Assembly: GCA_951406725.2 (NCBI GenBank)
Contig: OX597817.1
Span: 52,204,001-52,268,000, forward strand
Reading direction: 5' to 3'
DNA: 64,000 nt
From: Octopus vulgaris
Taxonomy: Eukaryota
Translations under genes and position numbers: made by a program
The notes under the pieces: model-generated
The model's database searches: none
Seen by the model: the letters and a program-made list of their open reading frames with translations, nothing else
Told to the model about the DNA's origin: nothing
Shown here: in pieces, positions 63,310 through 64,000 of the stretch
How the letters are laid out: each line of letters opens with the position of its first letter
How positions within the stretch are numbered: the stretch's first letter is position 1

Positions 63310-64000
63310 GAGATTACTCTGTCAAATGTAAGGCTTATTTATTCACATTGTTTTGACTTGATCATGCATTATCTCCTAGGATCAAGATTTTGAAAATGAT
63401 ATTTATTTTCAGAATGACATTGTGAGGAACTGAATCTGGCCAGTTTGAATGAAAAACAAGAACAAGAGGCAGAATATTCGAGCCTGATATGACCAGTTAA
63501 AATGCTAAAAGGTTAAAGTACAACAGAGGGAACCCCAGTTGGAAAACTAGATAAGTTAAAGGAAGATAGACTATAAGAGAAGTTTTACAGAGGATTTGAG
63601 AGGATGCACCAAAATAGGACGTATTTGCTTTAAGCATCATAGGTAATGAATCCTTAAAATAAAGAAAACGGGCAGCTGGGATAATGCATCTTTTTACTGT
63701 GATTTTACAGATTCGACTTTTTAATCCCAGATGTTTAAAACATATGACAAATAAGTAAACACTGAAAAATTACATAAGCGGTATGGATTAAAAAAAAAAA
63801 ATCGCCGTCTGCAAAACATACATATCTGAAGAAGTTTGGGACTTTTAGCATACAAGAGCTATTTTCTGACTATTCTTTAGGAACATCAAATGTGTGCCGG
63901 GGGATGTATGCATACACATCCCACTAAGGATGCCACAATGAACATCGCATATCAACGTCTGAGGTTCTAGTGTACAATGAGGAACCTCATGGTAGAGACC

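Overview
AT-rich, microsatellite- and transposon-dense animal genomic DNA, not prokaryotic. The SINE, LINE and MITE families look like octopus/coleoid cephalopod; this is my inference from recalled repeat sequences. The window holds one host gene, a minus-strand YTHDF-family m6A reader. I reconstructed it as a 27-nt coding exon 1 (58951-58977), a 25-nt micro-exon (36606-36630), a 68-nt exon (35153-35220) and a 1335-nt YTH-domain exon (23833-25167); the terminal exon is unresolved. The rest is repeats: a young 5'-truncated RTE LINE whose reverse transcriptase carries an internal C4HC3 PHD-like finger and a tandemly amplified 3' end; two further RTE-like LINE families; several tRNA-derived SINE families with clean TSDs, some nested or dimeric; TTAA (piggyBac-type) MITEs, including a dimer that apparently moved as a unit; two Helitron families; a Helentron-like element; a CpG-rich foldback MITE in intron 1; a Penelope-type minimal hammerhead ribozyme motif; and a large palindrome upstream of the gene. 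Most short ORFs in the supplied track are spurious repeat read-throughs.
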